Source: an uncultured virus (IMG/VR IMGVR_UViG_3300046336_000146) (lineage: Duplodnaviria > Heunggongvirae > Uroviricota > Caudoviricetes). Taken from it: 64,000 bases of DNA. The notes below the pieces were generated by a model, which searched no databases, was not told the origin of the DNA, and saw only the letters and a program-made list of their open reading frames with translations. Positions 48,258-57,241 of this stretch are shown in pieces. The first letter of the stretch is position 1. Every line of letters starts with the position of its first letter. The position numbers and the translations under genes are program-made. The stretch lies in IMG/VR virus record IMGVR_UViG_3300046336_000146; one strand, 5' to 3'.

Positions 48258-51200
48258 TTAATTACAAATATTTTGTATTGTTTCTATAATAGCTGACGGT
48301 GAGAATGATGGTGATACTACTCCACCTGTACCTAAAGCTAATTCTTCTAAAACTTCTAATGAGTTAGTGTCCTTCTTCATTAAAAGTACTTTTACCCCTT
48401 TATCTACACAATTTGGTATTAAAGCTCTAACTGCCACTTCATCTACACTATTATAAATATCATCTGTTCCACTAGGAAGAGCGTCTGTTATTAATACAAT
48501 GAATTTAACAACTTCATCTCTAAAAATACCTGCAAAATTGTGATTGACAACTCTGTCTATTGCTATATCACTAGGTTCTGGTGTGTTTCTTCCATTACCT
48601 AAAAGAAACCCAGAAGTGTTTATTTTTGCTAACTGTGTTGAAAAACTTATTTTATTATTAAGTTGCATTAACTCCATTGCAGTTATTACTTGTTTTTTTG
48701 CTGCGGTTGGGTTTATGTTAATATATTTTTGTGATGTAGGTAGGCTAGTATAATCTATAGAATTTTCGTATCTTGAATTTTCTGCTTGATTGTATTCATC
48801 AAAAATTACTAATGACATTCTATAATTACTAGATGATTCTGTTTCTATAGTATTTGCAATTGTGCTTATACTCGATTTAACAGCTTCTATGGCAGCTCCC
48901 ATACTTCCCGTATAATCTACAACAAACACTACATCCATACCTGTATTACAAGGTATTGCTACTTCTTCTACTACTACAGGTACTTCAACAGTATTGCCTA
49001 TACAACCTCTGTACGTAGGTGTTATAAAATAAGTAACTGTTCCTACACCTGTTAATGTGTTGTTTATAAAAGCTCCTGTTCCTGGTGTAGCTCCTGTAAC
49101 CCCAGATTGTAGTACAGTCCATGTAAAGGTTGTTCCAGCTTTAGGGCTATTTAGTGTAATTAATATGTCATCTCCGTCTTGTACTGTTAGTGACGAAGGG
49201 TTTACTATAACCACCGCATCATCAGAACAACATAATGGAGGTATCGCTTCTGTTCTCTCGCAAGTCTTTGTTGTGGAATTATATGTATACCCTGTAGGAC
49301 ATAAGGTTTCTGTAGTAAAATTTAAGACACATTGCATAGAATCCTCATCATAAGTGTAACCTGCTGGGCAAATAATTTGTTCGTCTCCACAATTGGTGTA
49401 AAAACCTTTTTCTTCTGAATAATTTAAACAATCCATTTTAATTGGAATGTAATCTTTCTTGGTGATAAATACTCTAGAGTTTCTATCATCATACCACATA
49501 TTAATACCTAATCCTTTGTATTTGTTATCTACATCTACGTCAGCGAAGTATTTTAGTATTTTAAAAGGTAAATGTTCTCTGAACCACTGCTTCATTCCTG
49601 AAGGTTGTCCTTGTATGCTTTCTGAAATAACTTCTAAATTTCCTCCGTTTTGGTCTACGTTAAAAACTCTTCCTCTTTTTGCGTCTACCCAAAAATGTCC
49701 GTAAGGTGTTGATACAAAATCAGTATTTTGTGTTCCCGCAAATCCTAAGTCAGACTTTTTAAAAGAAATAGGTCTAGAATATAAGTAGCCTGTTCCTAAA
49801 TTTTTTGTCTGATTGTTTATTGCGTCGGCCACATTATTTGCCTGATTAAACAGCTGTAATTGGTCCTCATATCTTCCTAAAAACTGCTCACTTTCTATAC
49901 TTCTTAAGTCAATTAACTTCCCTCTGTTTGTTTTATCTTCCTCAAAGTTTAAAGGTCTAAAAACTAACCATGGGTCTATAACTGAATTTTCATTTGTGTC
50001 TTTCTCTGACCAAACCCATGCATTGTTTTTTAACGCTCTTTTTTTCCATATATCTTTATCATAGCTTCTATCTAGTTTTTTGTATCCTGTATTTGACACA
50101 GGGAAAGTATAAGTGTTATTATAATAAAAAGTGTTTGGGTACACTATAGGCACATTAACTTCCTGCAACCATTTAGAAACAGTTTGATTATTGTAAAACT
50201 GGTCTTTTGGGTCTTTCTTTGAGTATCTAAAATTGCAATTAATTTCACTCTCTACTAAAAAGTCTATAATTCCGTGTGAGAATAAGTAGAATTTACTAGG
50301 TGGTCTTAAGTAAAAATCCCCTTTTCCTGTCTGTTCGTCAAGATTGTACGAAGACTTAATATCTGGGAATATGGAAAAACCTTTTTTGAAAATTGCATTA
50401 TCTGCTGTTTCATAGTCACAGTAGAAAACTGAGTCACCTATATTACTAGTTCTAGAATACAGGTAAGGAAGTTTATCAGGAGTCTTTATAGCATTACTTG
50501 TAAAATAAGGTGTTTTGGTTCTCCAAGAAAATCTTGAAATAACTTGATATCCACCATATATCACAGAATCTTTTGTATTTTCATTTATACTAAATATGTA
50601 ATTGGTTGTTAACCATTTGATACTGTCCACGGTATCCCACTGGTCAGGTATATAATTTTTTAAAGAGATATAAGGATTAGCGATGTTTCTAAAAGTTTGT
50701 CCGTTTTTTGCATCAGAAGATGTTGTATTGCTACTTCTTATACTGTCTATTTTATTATTATCAAAATTACTGTATTCTTGAGGGTATTCTATTTCATGAG
50801 GCCCTGTTGAAAGAAACACAGAAGCTTCTCTTAGATGATTGTTTACAGTTAGTTCTTCTCCGCTATTTTCATCTAATAATTTAAAATCCCCGTCTCTTAG
50901 ATATTTTTTAATAGAAAGGTTTCTTAAATAGTTAGCATCTTCGTTTTCTATTGACTTAAATCTATTTAATTTACCTACTCCATATTGAAAATAGGCAAAA
51001 TTATCCATTCTACCTAAATTTCTAAAAGTTTCAAGCCATTGATATCTATATTGTCCATACTTTACAAAACCTTGCAAACCGTAGGAAGCTGCCATTACTC
51101 CTGCTGCAATAGCTCCTCCAAAGTTAGTACTACCAATTCCAGCAGCAAGCTCTTTTGTTGCATTTGCTACATCTATTACAATTTGTAAAGCCAACTCTGC

Positions 51201-54200
51201 AGTAGCTAATGTCTTTGCTGTGGTGTAAACATCATCTCCTAATAGTGTCCATTTAGGATGTTCTTCCACTAATTCATTTCTTATAACAGCACTTCCGAAC
51301 ATATACCCTTGAAGAGACATCTCTGAAGGTATTTGAGTTCTTGTTAAAAACATATCAGGAGAAAAATAAGTAAATTTATTATTACTTGTTCCTCCATATG
51401 GATGCTGTATTAATTTTTTTGTAGTGGGGTCTTTTATAAACTTATGTTCTCCTAAATTATTAAAAGGAAAATTAGGAAAATGAATTGTGTCTCCATCTTT
51501 TGTATATTTTAAAACATCTATAGCTATACCATTGGATATAACAGATTTATGAATAGAATTGTCCCCTTTCATAATCTCCCATCCAACAATACTATCTTTT
51601 TGTTTTTTAGTAATAAGTTTGTTATTGTAAGCTACCTCTAACATGACCTTTACAATTTTGGAATCAAAATTAATTCCCATTGGAAAAATAACGGAACTTT
51701 TTACAGTTAAGTTGTCTAACATAAATGGAGCGACAGTGTTATCTGGAAATTTCGGATGTCTAACTTTTTTACATCTAAAATCTGTATCTAGTTTTAGTTC
51801 GTAGTTACCTGAAGATGTTATATTCTCTACATAATATTGCTTGAAGTTTTCTCTATCTACTTCTTCTAATGTACTTAAGTCATTAGGTGTAATTCTTAAA
51901 GTAGAGCTATCATATAATTGCTTATTATCTGGATACTCTACAACAGACTCCCAATAAGCCATGCTGTATTTATTAAAAGGAATAGGGTCACAATCATTAA
52001 CTTTTGGTAAATAGCTAGTACAACTTGCTGTATATACCATCTGTTTCTCCATTTTTATAGAATCCCAGCTAACAGTTACAGTTTGGGGTTCTGCATTTCT
52101 TTGATACAGTCCAAAAACTCCTCTAGGTGGGGCCACAACATAAGCTAATACATCTGGGTCACATCCAGTTTGATATGAATATATTTTAGTATCAAGTGCA
52201 ATTATAAAAGTTTCAGGAAAAGTAGAAATATCTATTGTTTCTAAAAGACCTTGTGAAATATCAAAGATACCTCCCCCTATTTGTATAGGGTTTTTTATCT
52301 TATCATAAATTACATATCTAACCCTTGTATTATTTATAACTTCAAACAAATCTCCCGTGTCTTGATAATTTTTATTTGGAGTCACCTCTAACACAAAAGA
52401 ATCTCGTCCGTACTTTGTAACAGAGAAAAATAAAGCTTTGTTATGTATTTTATTGTAAAAACCTGATTCTAAAATAGTAGTTGAAAATCTGTCATTGTTT
52501 TGTAATAAATCTGATAACGTAGAGGAACCTTCATATTGCAGAAACAAAGAAGACGTTGGTTCACTAATGTCTTCAATTAAAGTGACCTCAGTGTAAAAAC
52601 TAAAATTTTCGTTTTTAAAAGTCATGTTTCTAAAATACACATCTTTTTTAGCACTTCCAACCCATAATCCAACACAAGGGGAGTAGTTATCAATAAACTT
52701 TGTATCTTTTACTTTTTTACCTTCTTCGTCATCAACTTTATATATTGAAAAATAAGGTGTCACAGCAGATTTTGTATATTCTGAATCTTCTTTATACTCA
52801 ATAATTGTTTGTTCGTTTATTACTTCACTTACTAAATTTTTAGGGTTTGGTAAGTCTGGTGTTGAAGGTGTTAAAATTGGAGCTTCGCAATCTCCTACAA
52901 AAAGTGGTTGACACTGCTCTGGGTATGTGGCGTTCAGGTACTCTGATATGCCAGGTATATTCTCTCCTTCTGTATTATTAATATAGTCTTCTAGGTTTTC
53001 ATAAGTTAATCCTTCCACCTCTATAGTTACAGAATTTGCTGGAATTTCTGTTTCTATTTCTATTTTACATACTTTCTTTATATCTTCTGGAGGTAAAGCA
53101 ATAGAAGAATTTTCTGATGAAACTGCGGTCTCTAATAACTTTGCAGTGTTGTATATTTGCCACTTTTCTGTTCTGTTGTTGGTCCTGCACGCATTATCAG
53201 AAGCATTTAGAGAGTCAAAATTTTTATCTCCTTCTTCTATTATACTATCTTCTCCCTCTGTCTTTGGCCTTCCTACAAAAGGAAATACAGCAGAATACCC
53301 TCCATTATCATAAAGAAGTCTAATACCTAAGGGCTGTACCTCATTTCTAGCATATTGTTTATACTTAGATGTGGCTATAGAAGATTTATACAGATTCTCA
53401 CTTACGGCAGATGTTTGGGCCTTTACAAGTCCTGAGAATAAGTTAACTACAGGTTGTATATTAATTTCGTCTTCTTCTTCTAAACCAAATCCCCATAATC
53501 TATCGTCTGATACCATGGTGCCCTTCATTCTTTTATATTGAGGCTTAACAGCAGTCAGTGTATTAAAATCTAATACCTGTTTTACTGAAACATTTCCTCT
53601 CACAGAATATAAATCATCATTAGTTGACCCAGAATGAGTGTAAACAATTATATCATCTGTTGTTGGGTAGACTCCTGCTAAAAATACAGATTGGTTATTA
53701 TCTACACTGTTTCTTTCAACAACTGCTATTTTATAATATTTAAAATTGTCTTTATCTAAGTTTCTTGCTTTAATTTTTATAGCAAAATTTGTATAGTCAT
53801 CCGTCTCTGTTTGAGATTGGACATAATTATTTTCGTTCCATATAGAAATAGGATTTGTTGGTGTACAATACTCTGTCAATTCATTACCAAATATGTCACA
53901 GTATGCGGCCCAAAATTCATAAGTTCCTTGTTTAAGATTGCCTCCTATTTGTTCCTCTTTTGGCTCTAAAACAATTCTAGAAAATTTGGGGTTAACTAAA
54001 AGTTTACTTACATCTAAACAAGGTGCCTCTTGAGGGTCTTCACAAGCTAAATCTACAGTATGTAAATAATCAAAGGTATCTTTGGCCTTAGCTTCCTCTA
54101 ATCTGCCTACTTGTAAGTATCTAAAATAATTTCTCCAGTCATTCCAATACAAAGTTGTGCCTAGTTTCTCTTGCTTTATTTCAATCTTTTTTATTGGAAA

Positions 54201-54698
54201 ATTTATATCGAAATTTAAACCTTTGTCCTCTATTTCTGAAAGTGATATACATCTATCATGTACTAACTCTACATATTGTTGAGATGGGTTTTGTACTATC
54301 TCTTCCAAAGGAGTACCTATTAAATTTTTTTGATTATGGCAATCTAGGCAATCTGTCAAAGTTTGTTCTTTATTAAAGTCTTCTTTTTTTGTATTTATTA
54401 CATAACCAATACTAGACCTTTTATGATGAGGGTCACTTTGAACTACATTTGTGTTTGTTAAGAGGTAGTATGTTTTTTCTTGAAGAATATCATTTTTAAA
54501 CCCAATGACTTTATATCCTTCAGGAAACTTAACTCCATAGTAGTTACTAGGCTCATTTTGTATATTAATAGCCTCTCCTCCTTCATTATTAGAATTTATA
54601 TTTACGCCAAGTGTATAATCAGTTTGTTTTAACTGCGAGATGTGGGAGTCTCTTTGCATTCCTACTTTAGGGGCCGATATTCCTTTTTTGTTTTGCAT
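48258..54698 (-). CDS. tail muzzle/stabilisation (P22 gp10-like, crAss-type) protein with C-terminal Ig/PKD-like and vWA domains
   Basis: N-terminal GMQRD, GFAGTQ...TPYGHFWVDAKRG propeller motifs; CP.GYTY repeats; vWA MDVVFVVDYTGSM...IVLITDA. Confidence 0.75.
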   Translation of the reverse strand: MQNKKGISAPKVGMQRDSHISQLKQTDYTLGVNINSNNEGGEAINIQNEPSNYYGVKFPEGYKVIGFKNDILQEKTYYLLTNTNVVQSDPHHKRSSIGYVINTKKEDFNKEQTLTDCLDCHNQKNLIGTPLEEIVQNPSQQYVELVHDRCISLSEIEDKGLNFDINFPIKKIEIKQEKLGTTLYWNDWRNYFRYLQVGRLEEAKAKDTFDYLHTVDLACEDPQEAPCLDVSKLLVNPKFSRIVLEPKEEQIGGNLKQGTYEFWAAYCDIFGNELTEYCTPTNPISIWNENNYVQSQTETDDYTNFAIKIKARNLDKDNFKYYKIAVVERNSVDNNQSVFLAGVYPTTDDIIVYTHSGSTNDDLYSVRGNVSVKQVLDFNTLTAVKPQYKRMKGTMVSDDRLWGFGLEEEDEINIQPVVNLFSGLVKAQTSAVSENLYKSSIATSKYKQYARNEVQPLGIRLLYDNGGYSAVFPFVGRPKTEGEDSIIEEGDKNFDSLNASDNACRTNNRTEKWQIYNTAKLLETAVSSENSSIALPPEDIKKVCKIEIETEIPANSVTIEVEGLTYENLEDYINNTEGENIPGISEYLNATYPEQCQPLFVGDCEAPILTPSTPDLPNPKNLVSEVINEQTIIEYKEDSEYTKSAVTPYFSIYKVDDEEGKKVKDTKFIDNYSPCVGLWVGSAKKDVYFRNMTFKNENFSFYTEVTLIEDISEPTSSLFLQYEGSSTLSDLLQNNDRFSTTILESGFYNKIHNKALFFSVTKYGRDSFVLEVTPNKNYQDTGDLFEVINNTRVRYVIYDKIKNPIQIGGGIFDISQGLLETIDISTFPETFIIALDTKIYSYQTGCDPDVLAYVVAPPRGVFGLYQRNAEPQTVTVSWDSIKMEKQMVYTASCTSYLPKVNDCDPIPFNKYSMAYWESVVEYPDNKQLYDSSTLRITPNDLSTLEEVDRENFKQYYVENITSSGNYELKLDTDFRCKKVRHPKFPDNTVAPFMLDNLTVKSSVIFPMGINFDSKIVKVMLEVAYNNKLITKKQKDSIVGWEIMKGDNSIHKSVISNGIAIDVLKYTKDGDTIHFPNFPFNNLGEHKFIKDPTTKKLIQHPYGGTSNNKFTYFSPDMFLTRTQIPSEMSLQGYMFGSAVIRNELVEEHPKWTLLGDDVYTTAKTLATAELALQIVIDVANATKELAAGIGSTNFGGAIAAGVMAASYGLQGFVKYGQYRYQWLETFRNLGRMDNFAYFQYGVGKLNRFKSIENEDANYLRNLSIKKYLRDGDFKLLDENSGEELTVNNHLREASVFLSTGPHEIEYPQEYSNFDNNKIDSIRSSNTTSSDAKNGQTFRNIANPYISLKNYIPDQWDTVDSIKWLTTNYIFSINENTKDSVIYGGYQVISRFSWRTKTPYFTSNAIKTPDKLPYLYSRTSNIGDSVFYCDYETADNAIFKKGFSIFPDIKSSYNLDEQTGKGDFYLRPPSKFYLFSHGIIDFLVESEINCNFRYSKKDPKDQFYNNQTVSKWLQEVNVPIVYPNTFYYNNTYTFPVSNTGYKKLDRSYDKDIWKKRALKNNAWVWSEKDTNENSVIDPWLVFRPLNFEEDKTNRGKLIDLRSIESEQFLGRYEDQLQLFNQANNVADAINNQTKNLGTGYLYSRPISFKKSDLGFAGTQNTDFVSTPYGHFWVDAKRGRVFNVDQNGGNLEVISESIQGQPSGMKQWFREHLPFKILKYFADVDVDNKYKGLGINMWYDDRNSRVFITKKDYIPIKMDCLNYSEEKGFYTNCGDEQIICPAGYTYDEDSMQCVLNFTTETLCPTGYTYNSTTKTCERTEAIPPLCCSDDAVVIVNPSSLTVQDGDDILITLNSPKAGTTFTWTVLQSGVTGATPGTGAFINNTLTGVGTVTYFITPTYRGCIGNTVEVPVVVEEVAIPCNTGMDVVFVVDYTGSMGAAIEAVKSSISTIANTIETESSSNYRMSLVIFDEYNQAENSRYENSIDYTSLPTSQKYININPTAAKKQVITAMELMQLNNKISFSTQLAKINTSGFLLGNGRNTPEPSDIAIDRVVNHNFAGIFRDEVVKFIVLITDALPSGTDDIYNSVDEVAVRALIPNCVDKGVKVLLMKKDTNSLEVLEELALGTGGVVSPSFSPSAIIETIQNICN

Positions 54699-55543
54699 TA
54701 TAGTCCTATTCTACGTCTGTTTATTAAATTTTGCTTGTACATTTTTCGGTCCCAGCCGTCTTTAAGACCATACATTTTCGATTCCGTTTGGGCTGCGTGC
54801 AACATTGGTCTATCTTGTTGTTTCCATGTTGAATACAATTGTGCCAATCCTTGTGCGTTTTTATTATTAGCTATAATGTTTTCTGCAATATTACACTTGA
54901 CTTTGTTCTCTATATAATCGTATATTTCTCCCGTAGTTAATATGGGGATAGCTATATCACCATCTAATTCAGGTAAAGAATTGTATCTTAAAAAAACAAA
55001 CCCTTCTTTAAAATTAGTTTTTAAAGTTCTTCCTGTTATGGATATTTGATTAGGCTTTTCAGCTATTTGAGGATGTAAATTAAAGCATTTTGCATCTATG
55101 CTTTCCTTGTTTATGTAAGGAGACAATGATAATAACTCGTATCCATAAAATTTATCAGGAGCATTAACCGAAAAAACTTTCTCTTTTACTATTTTAGTCT
55201 CACAATAATTCACAACGTAGTCTTGTGTCAAACTGTCCCAAACTGCTGGATTTTCTATAAACTGTCTTTCTAATATAAGCGACCTAGTTTCTTCGTTTGT
55301 AAAAGGTGTTGTTTTTATTTTTACAGCAAAAGTTAGTGATTTAAAGTTTTCTGGAAGTAAGGCTGTAGAGTTTTTAATCTCTACTACGTCTTCATTTTTT
55401 TCACATATATTTTTGCCAAATTTTCTTAAGGCTTGAATAACCCAAGTCTTAATAGAAACTTTATCTATATCATTAGACTCTGAATAATTAGAAAATGATG
55501 TTTCTATTTCGGCTATGAACTCTTCTAAACTAATCTTTTGCAT
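54698..55543 (-). CDS. tail ring/tubular protein (crAss-like)
   Basis: LPENF...LKTNFKEG.V.L.Y..LP...IP pattern; adjacent to the muzzle gene. Confidence 0.65.
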   Translation of the reverse strand: MQKISLEEFIAEIETSFSNYSESNDIDKVSIKTWVIQALRKFGKNICEKNEDVVEIKNSTALLPENFKSLTFAVKIKTTPFTNEETRSLILERQFIENPAVWDSLTQDYVVNYCETKIVKEKVFSVNAPDKFYGYELLSLSPYINKESIDAKCFNLHPQIAEKPNQISITGRTLKTNFKEGFVFLRYNSLPELDGDIAIPILTTGEIYDYIENKVKCNIAENIIANNKNAQGLAQLYSTWKQQDRPMLHAAQTESKMYGLKDGWDRKMYKQNLINRRRIGL

Positions 55544-55991
55544 CTTTTAACTTGTTTTTTCTTATATTTTTTCTATGTAAAGAAACCGCGTAAGGTCTTG
55601 GTTTTTTTATTTCTAATACCGAAGATTTTTCTTTATTGCTTTTGTTATTCACTTTTCTCAAAAACATTGACTTATATTGAGACTGTAAATACTCGCTGTC
55701 TAAAACTACTAAGTAGCTTCCTTTCTTTATGTATTTGACTTTAAATAAACTTTTATTATCTTCGTTTACGAATTCTTTTGGCGCAATAATTCCAAAATTA
55801 TTTAAAGATATACCATGGTTACATTCTTCTAGCATTTCATACATTGTGGCGAACATTTTACTTACTGCAGCATTTACTTTTTCAGAATTAGTCAATTTTT
55901 CAAATCTATCTTTTCTATTCCTTCTATAAAATTGATAAAAGTCTTCACCTAAAACTTCTAATAAATCTTCTCTTTTGTGAAATTTAACCAT
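55530..55991 (-). CDS. IHF/HU-like basic protein
   Basis: helix then GISLNNFG beta-arm; basic tail; sits between ring genes as in crAss-like phages. Confidence 0.55.
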   Translation of the reverse strand: MVKFHKREDLLEVLGEDFYQFYRRNRKDRFEKLTNSEKVNAAVSKMFATMYEMLEECNHGISLNNFGIIAPKEFVNEDNKSLFKVKYIKKGSYLVVLDSEYLQSQYKSMFLRKVNNKSNKEKSSVLEIKKPRPYAVSLHRKNIRKNKLKDAKD

Positions 55992-55997
55992 AATTTA

Positions 55998-56669
55998 CTA
56001 CGCTCCCTCTATGTTGTTTGGGTTTTGGTCTTCTTGTATTTGTCTGGTGAATCCTAATCTTTGCAAAGTTAAGTCTTTAACTGTTTCTATTAATTTATCA
56101 GGGACTATAAAAGTGTAATCCCATTTAGATTTACAGGTTTGTTCTGCACAACTTGAGTACTTTTCTGAGTTTATTGTGTCTAAAGTTAGTACTATTAAAT
56201 CCACACTTAAAATTTCTCTGTCTGGGATATATAAATGATTGTCGCTACCTAAGTAAATAAAAACTTGATTCTTTAATTGATTTTGTCTTTTTTTATTTCT
56301 TCTGTATTGGGCCTCATCTACAAATGTGAACGTAAAATCTCCGTCTAAGGCTACTATATCTTTGATACTAGCCCCTAATCTTGAAAAAACAAGTTTAGGT
56401 AATGGATTTTTAGACTTCATTAAAGTTTTGCACAATCTAAATTCTATAGAAGGGCAGTTTTTTGTTTCTACCTTCTCAAACTCAAAACATTCAATTTTAG
56501 TAAACAAGTTGGTCTCAGAACTAATTGTTCTGTCCATTAGTTTTTGAGATATTAGAGATGTAGCTACCTCCTGTCCAGCTCTTAAAATGAGTCTTCTAGA
56601 TAGTTTATTATCTTTGTTTACTGTCTTCAATATCCCAGCTATTTCTGAAACAAATTCAATATTAGTCAT
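55998..56669 (-). CDS. tail ring/adaptor protein (crAss-like)
   Basis: DNKLSRRLI...KSKNPLPK...HLYI...C...F..P..L...D..N pattern. Confidence 0.65.
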   Translation of the reverse strand: MTNIEFVSEIAGILKTVNKDNKLSRRLILRAGQEVATSLISQKLMDRTISSETNLFTKIECFEFEKVETKNCPSIEFRLCKTLMKSKNPLPKLVFSRLGASIKDIVALDGDFTFTFVDEAQYRRNKKRQNQLKNQVFIYLGSDNHLYIPDREILSVDLIVLTLDTINSEKYSSCAEQTCKSKWDYTFIVPDKLIETVKDLTLQRLGFTRQIQEDQNPNNIEGA

Positions 56670-56680
56670 CTGTAAAATTT

Positions 56681-56773
56681 AAAAAGCCTCTTGGAGGGTT
56701 AGTCTAAGAGGCAAAATTAGTTAATTTTTATTTATTGTGCAAAAAGTGTATATTGGGTGTAAGTGTTGGTTTT
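56681..56773. repeat. 93-bp perfect direct repeat, copy 2
   Basis: identical to 40401-40493 (offset 16,280 bp). Confidence 0.95.
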
Positions 56774-56827
56774 GTTTTTATTATGTATAGCCTCTTACTT
56801 TATGCAATATTTTATTGTGTTTCCGTT

Positions 56828-57238
56828 TTAACATTGTATTGAAGTGTGACTTCTGATAAATACATGAGTGTCTATGAGTGCATTTGTTGTATTATCTCTT
56901 ATTTCTAAAGAAATAGAACTTGTTCCTGCTATTGTACCTATGTTATTTCCATCTATACCAAAATTATAAGATTGTCTAAAAGTAACTACATCACCTATTA
57001 AATCGCTACTAACTTTTACTCCTACTAATGTTAACTCAGTATCACTTAACCAATTTCCACCTGTGGAAAATGTTCCTGTTATATTTACTTTTACAGGAAT
57101 AGAAGTAGTTATTCTTAAAGATATTTGACCATAGCAATCAACTTCTTGCGCTGCCAATAAAGATATTGTTGGTACAGTTGGCGGTGGTGCATCATCAACA
57201 GTTGCTTTCTTAAATATATTTTTTTTAAATTCATTCAT
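56828..57238 (-). CDS. small fibre-associated beta protein
   Basis: 136 aa directly after the fibre gene. Confidence 0.6.
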   Translation of the reverse strand: MNEFKKNIFKKATVDDAPPPTVPTISLLAAQEVDCYGQISLRITTSIPVKVNITGTFSTGGNWLSDTELTLVGVKVSSDLIGDVVTFRQSYNFGIDGNNIGTIAGTSSISLEIRDNTTNALIDTHVFIRSHTSIQC

Positions 57239-57241
57239 AAT

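Noticed and set aside
40401..56773. 93-bp repeat as DGR template/variable repeat or att site
   Set aside because: Copies are identical, intergenic and lack adenine-specific differences; no reverse transcriptase or integrase is present in the window.
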